This document shows positions 60,180-64,000 of a stretch of 64,000 nucleotides of DNA, one piece after another; the stretch's first letter is position 1, and every line of letters starts with the position of its first letter. This DNA is from Phycisphaerae bacterium (lineage in GTDB: Bacteria; Planctomycetota; Phycisphaerae; UBA1845). The notes under the pieces were generated by a model. It had not been told where the DNA came from, made no database searches, and saw only the letters and a list, made by a program, of their open reading frames with translations. Location: assembly GCA_963666835.2 (NCBI GenBank), contig CAXXGO010000001.1:352001-416000 (forward strand). Reading direction: 5' to 3'. Position numbers and translations under genes: made by a program.

Positions 60180-61220
60180 ATGGCGCGACTACTGGTACAT
60201 ATTGTCTTGCTCGCAACGATCACGCTTACTCTTACGGGCGAAGCACGTGCCCAGAAACCGCCCGCCTACCGTATCGGAACGGTGCCGTGGGCCGGCTGGT
60301 CACCTCTGCACGTGGCGGAGGCTGAGGGTTTCTGGCGGGACGAAGGGGTTGCCGTAACCGTCGTCAGCTACGATGACCCCGTTATTATTCTCGAGGCAAT
60401 TAAAGCCGAGCGAATCGACTTCGCCATGGACATGGCCGGCTCATTGGTTGGTCTGTATATGGACGGAGTACCGGCCGTCATCCTGGCCGAGACTAACTGG
60501 TCCCACGGCGGCGATAAGATCATAGTCAAGGCCGGTCATGACGTCTCGGAATACCGGGGTGAGCCGATCGGGGTGTTTTTGAAAAAGCCGTCATGTCTCT
60601 ATTTTCTCGATAAATACCTGACGACTGTGGGGCTCCGCGTGGCGGATTTTCGAATAGTGGAGCTCGAGCCGGACGATCTGGCCGCCCAGTTCATCGCCGG
60701 ACGGATCCCGGTAATTCTGGACTACGACCCGCATGCTGTACGAGCGGTGAAGGAGGGGGATGGGCGGGTCCTTGCGAATTCTGCCATGTATGAGGGCTGT
60801 GTTCCCGAGTGCCTGTGGGGGTATCGCGCCCGTGTTCAGCGAGTGCCGGACGAGGATCTAAGGAGAATCCTCCGAGGTTGGATCAGAGCGGTCCGGTGGA
60901 CAAAGGACCCGAAGAACTGGCCAGAATATATGCGTATTCTGAACGACCGCACTTTTGCGAACTTTGGACCCTATACCGAAGTCGAGTTGAGAGAACTGCT
61001 GGGGGCGGTGAAGATCCACTCAGTACCGCAGATGTACGAACGGAATAAGAGCTTCGGCGGGATGAGCGAGTACCTAGTTTCCCTCCGCGCGTTTCTGGAT
61101 CGCAACGATATGCTGAAGAAGGACTATACTGTCGTAGAGCTGCTCGATAATCGTCTCGTCATGGAAGTACTGGAGGCTGAACTTCGCGAGGCACGGGTGA
61201 TCCGGGAGGACTCAGAGTGA
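60180..61220 (+). CDS. ABC-type substrate-binding protein (NMT1/SsuA-like)
   Basis: Signal peptide; IGTVPWAGWSPLHVAEAEGFW; TNWSHGGDKI. Confidence 0.85.
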   Translation: MARLLVHIVLLATITLTLTGEARAQKPPAYRIGTVPWAGWSPLHVAEAEGFWRDEGVAVTVVSYDDPVIILEAIKAERIDFAMDMAGSLVGLYMDGVPAVILAETNWSHGGDKIIVKAGHDVSEYRGEPIGVFLKKPSCLYFLDKYLTTVGLRVADFRIVELEPDDLAAQFIAGRIPVILDYDPHAVRAVKEGDGRVLANSAMYEGCVPECLWGYRARVQRVPDEDLRRILRGWIRAVRWTKDPKNWPEYMRILNDRTFANFGPYTEVELRELLGAVKIHSVPQMYERNKSFGGMSEYLVSLRAFLDRNDMLKKDYTVVELLDNRLVMEVLEAELREARVIREDSE

Positions 61221-61313
61221 TTCGAGATGCGTTACGGTTATGGGTGAACAGCATGTTGACCGGGCACGCCTCCTTGGCGTATTCGGATAAGCGGCGATGG
61301 AGAGGTTGACCGG

Positions 61314-64000
61314 ATGCGTTCGATCAGTACTCGACTGATTCTGGCCTTCGCCAGCGTTGTTGTTTTTCTGATTGCGCAAGGGGTATTCTCGATCCACAAT
61401 ACGCGCACGGTTTCTCAAGTGCAAAGCCAGGCTCTTCACCAGGAGCTGGCCGTAAGTGCGTTGGCCGAGGATATCGACAACGTCCGCCTGGCCGTGTTCA
61501 AGCTGTTGGAGACCATGGCCCCTGCTGAAATGGACGCCTTTCGGGCGGAGTATGAGCGAGGTGTCAGGCAGGTGAATGAGGCAATGTCGGGCTTGGGTAT
61601 GGATTCCGCGCCGTTTCTGCGTTGCCGGGAGACCTACGATACGATCATCGGCTTGCAGTACGATTTCTCGGCTAATACGGCTCGGACTCTGATGAGCGGT
61701 AGATCAAGAGTCGAGCATGACGCCTTGAGGGAAGTCTTGGCCGGCAAGCGCGCGGAACTGGAGGCCGGAACTCGCGCGCGAATGGCCCGGGCAGAAAGGC
61801 ATTCTCTATATGTCGTAGGAGGTTTGTGCGGAGCGGCCTTGCTGGTGGCCATCGGATGGGCGATCGCCTTGAGACGATCCTTGACTGACCGGCGGCGCGC
61901 CGAGCAAGCTCTGCGGAACTCCGAGCAGAACTACCGTGAGATATTCAATTCCTCGAACGATGCCATATTCGTTCACGAGATGGCGACCGGGGAGATCGTC
62001 GACGTCAACCGGACGATGTGCCGGATGTTCGGATACCCACACGAAGAGGCCTTACGTGTGACTATCCAGGATATCAGCCAGGGGGAGCCGCCGTACTCCC
62101 AGGCGGAGGCCGGGCAGTGGATCAAGAAGGCGGTCGAGGAAGGCCCTCAAGCTTTCGAGTGGTGGAGCCGCAGGAAAGGCGGGGAGCTGTTCTGGGTAGA
62201 GGTTCATTTAAGTAGGGTGACCGTTGGAGGCAGGGACCGCGTAATAGCCGTCAGCCGGGACATAACCGAGCGCAAACAGGCGGAAGTGCTGCTCAAGGAG
62301 AGCGAACGCAAGTTCCGGGCGGTGTTCAACAATACTTTCGAGTTCATGGGTGTGCTCACCGTGGACGGCGGCATGGTCGAGGCAAACCAGACTGCACTCG
62401 ACTTCGGCGGTCTGCAGGAATCCGATGTGCGGGGAAAGCCGTTCTGGGAGACCCCGTGGTGGCGGCACTCCCCGGAGATTCAAGATTGGTTGCGCGTTGT
62501 TGTGCGTAAAGCCGCAGCCGGCGAGACGGTTCGCGGTGAGGTCGACAGTCTATCCGTCGATGGTAAGACTCGCTATATCGACTTCTCTATCAGGCCGCTC
62601 AGGGATGAGAACGATGATGTTGCCCTTTTGATCCCCGAAGGGAGAGATGTCACTGAGCGGAAGCAGGCGGAACTGGAATTGCGAGCGAGTGAGGAGCGTT
62701 TCCGCGGGTTTGCCGCAGCTTCGAGTTACGGCCTGGCGATGGGCGAGCTTAACGGGCAACTGGTCTTCGCCAACGCGGCTGCTCTCCGGATTCTTGAAGA
62801 GGAAACTGAGGAGGCCTTTACCAGCCGGACGTTCTATCAGTACTACACACCGGAGGACGCCGAGCATCTTAGGCAGGAGATCTTGCCGACCGTTTTGAAG
62901 GAAGGGCAATGGGTAGGGGAACTTCCGCTCCTGTCTGGAAAGGGCAACCCGGTTACTACCGAACAGAACATTTTTCTGATTCGCGACGAGAATGGGATAC
63001 CTCGGATGATCGGCAACATAATTACTGACATTGCTGATCGCAAGAAGGCCCAGGAAGAACGCCGCGCTCATGTTAAGTTCTTGGAGAGTCTGGCCCAAGT
63101 CGACCGGATCATTCAGCAGACCGATGATGTCGAACAGATGCTCTGGGATGTGCTGAACACGACGTTCCAGGTATTTGAGTGCGACCGAGCCTGGCTGCTG
63201 TACCCCTGCGATCCCGCGTCGCGCACATATCGCATACCAATGGAAGTTGCCGGACCGGGATATCGCGGAGGAGGGGGTGAGGAAGGCGACCTTGCCATGG
63301 ATGACGGTACCGAGGCGATCTGCGCGACGGCACTCGCCGCGCCGGGCCCGGTTACCTTCGGACCCGGTAACGATCACCCCATTAGTGACCATAAGGCGGC
63401 GCAGACTTTTCAGGTTCTAGGCCAGATGGTTATGTCTGTTTCGCCCAGGATCGGCAAGCCGTGGATGTTCGGTATACACCAATGCTCGCATCAGCGGGCC
63501 TGGACGGAGGAAGAGAGGCGCCTGTTCAACGAGATCGGGCGGCGCATCTCCGATGCACTTTCCACCCTTCTCATCCTCCGGGATCTCCGCGAGAGTGAAG
63601 AGCGTTTCTCTCTGGCGATGGAAGCTAACCGGGACGGACTCTGGGATTGGAACGTCAGCACTGACGAGGTCTACTTCAGCCCGGGATATACCGCCATGCT
63701 CGGGTACTCGCCCGGCGAGATCCCCGCGCACGTCGGTTCCTGGAAGGACCTCCTTCACCCCGAAGACAAGGACGCTGCCCTCAACGCGATCATGGACTGC
63801 GTCGATAATCACCGCCAGGATTTTGGCGTGGAGTTCCGAATGCGAGCCAAGAACGGCGAGTGGCGCTGGGTGCTCGGACGGGGAAAGGCCGTCGCGCGGG
63901 ACGATTCCGGTCGGGCGGTGAGAATGATCGGAACCACCACCGACATCACCGAGCGTAAACGAGTGGAGCAAGTGCTTTGGGAGAAGGCCTTCATGATCGA
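61314..64000 (+). CDS. Membrane multi-PAS/GAF sensor protein (probably a histidine kinase), truncated by the window end
   Basis: Absent from the ORF track (no stop in window); MRSISTRLILAFASVVVFLIAQG TM, helical periplasmic region, second TM, then PAS domains ending DITERK/DVTERK and a GAF domain. Confidence 0.88.
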   Translation, partial: MRSISTRLILAFASVVVFLIAQGVFSIHNTRTVSQVQSQALHQELAVSALAEDIDNVRLAVFKLLETMAPAEMDAFRAEYERGVRQVNEAMSGLGMDSAPFLRCRETYDTIIGLQYDFSANTARTLMSGRSRVEHDALREVLAGKRAELEAGTRARMARAERHSLYVVGGLCGAALLVAIGWAIALRRSLTDRRRAEQALRNSEQNYREIFNSSNDAIFVHEMATGEIVDVNRTMCRMFGYPHEEALRVTIQDISQGEPPYSQAEAGQWIKKAVEEGPQAFEWWSRRKGGELFWVEVHLSRVTVGGRDRVIAVSRDITERKQAEVLLKESERKFRAVFNNTFEFMGVLTVDGGMVEANQTALDFGGLQESDVRGKPFWETPWWRHSPEIQDWLRVVVRKAAAGETVRGEVDSLSVDGKTRYIDFSIRPLRDENDDVALLIPEGRDVTERKQAELELRASEERFRGFAAASSYGLAMGELNGQLVFANAAALRILEEETEEAFTSRTFYQYYTPEDAEHLRQEILPTVLKEGQWVGELPLLSGKGNPVTTEQNIFLIRDENGIPRMIGNIITDIADRKKAQEERRAHVKFLESLAQVDRIIQQTDDVEQMLWDVLNTTFQVFECDRAWLLYPCDPASRTYRIPMEVAGPGYRGGGGEEGDLAMDDGTEAICATALAAPGPVTFGPGNDHPISDHKAAQTFQVLGQMVMSVSPRIGKPWMFGIHQCSHQRAWTEEERRLFNEIGRRISDALSTLLILRDLRESEERFSLAMEANRDGLWDWNVSTDEVYFSPGYTAMLGYSPGEIPAHVGSWKDLLHPEDKDAALNAIMDCVDNHRQDFGVEFRMRAKNGEWRWVLGRGKAVARDDSGRAVRMIGTTTDITERKRVEQVLWEKAFMI

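Overview
GC-rich bacterial chromosomal window, most likely Planctomycetota/Phycisphaerae (inferred from GACC Cys-rich secreted proteins, dockerin-like tails, an IPTL-CTERM protein and ExbBD plus prenyltransferase-barrel loci). Housekeeping genes: yidD, rsmE, rplM-rpsI, dgt, hutH, pgpA. It also holds several two-component, c-di-GMP and ECF signalling modules, large secreted proteins, three IS elements with readable inverted repeats and target duplications (IS1182-family pseudogene, ISL3, IS4), and a dense mix of REP-like palindromes. No rRNA, tRNA or CRISPR array was recognised. The best candidate for an undescribed system is 39-56.5 kb: a five-domain thioredoxin-like protein (CGHC x3, CGYC x2), a BlaI/BlaR1 pair with a visible tandem operator, a giant TPR protein, ExbB, ExbD, and a 1630-aa protein fusing a TolB-like PD40 propeller to a TonB/TolA-like SxxxH helix, a long Pro-rich stalk and an (alpha/alpha) barrel. 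Other highlights: a palindromic element inserted in frame inside the dGTPase, stuttered GGACAG(C/T)CACCTATT arrays that act as IS landing pads, an IS1182 inserted in a REP loop, and two probable pseudo-enzymes (S8 protease, sigma54-type activator). All family calls come from motifs read by eye; no database search was run.
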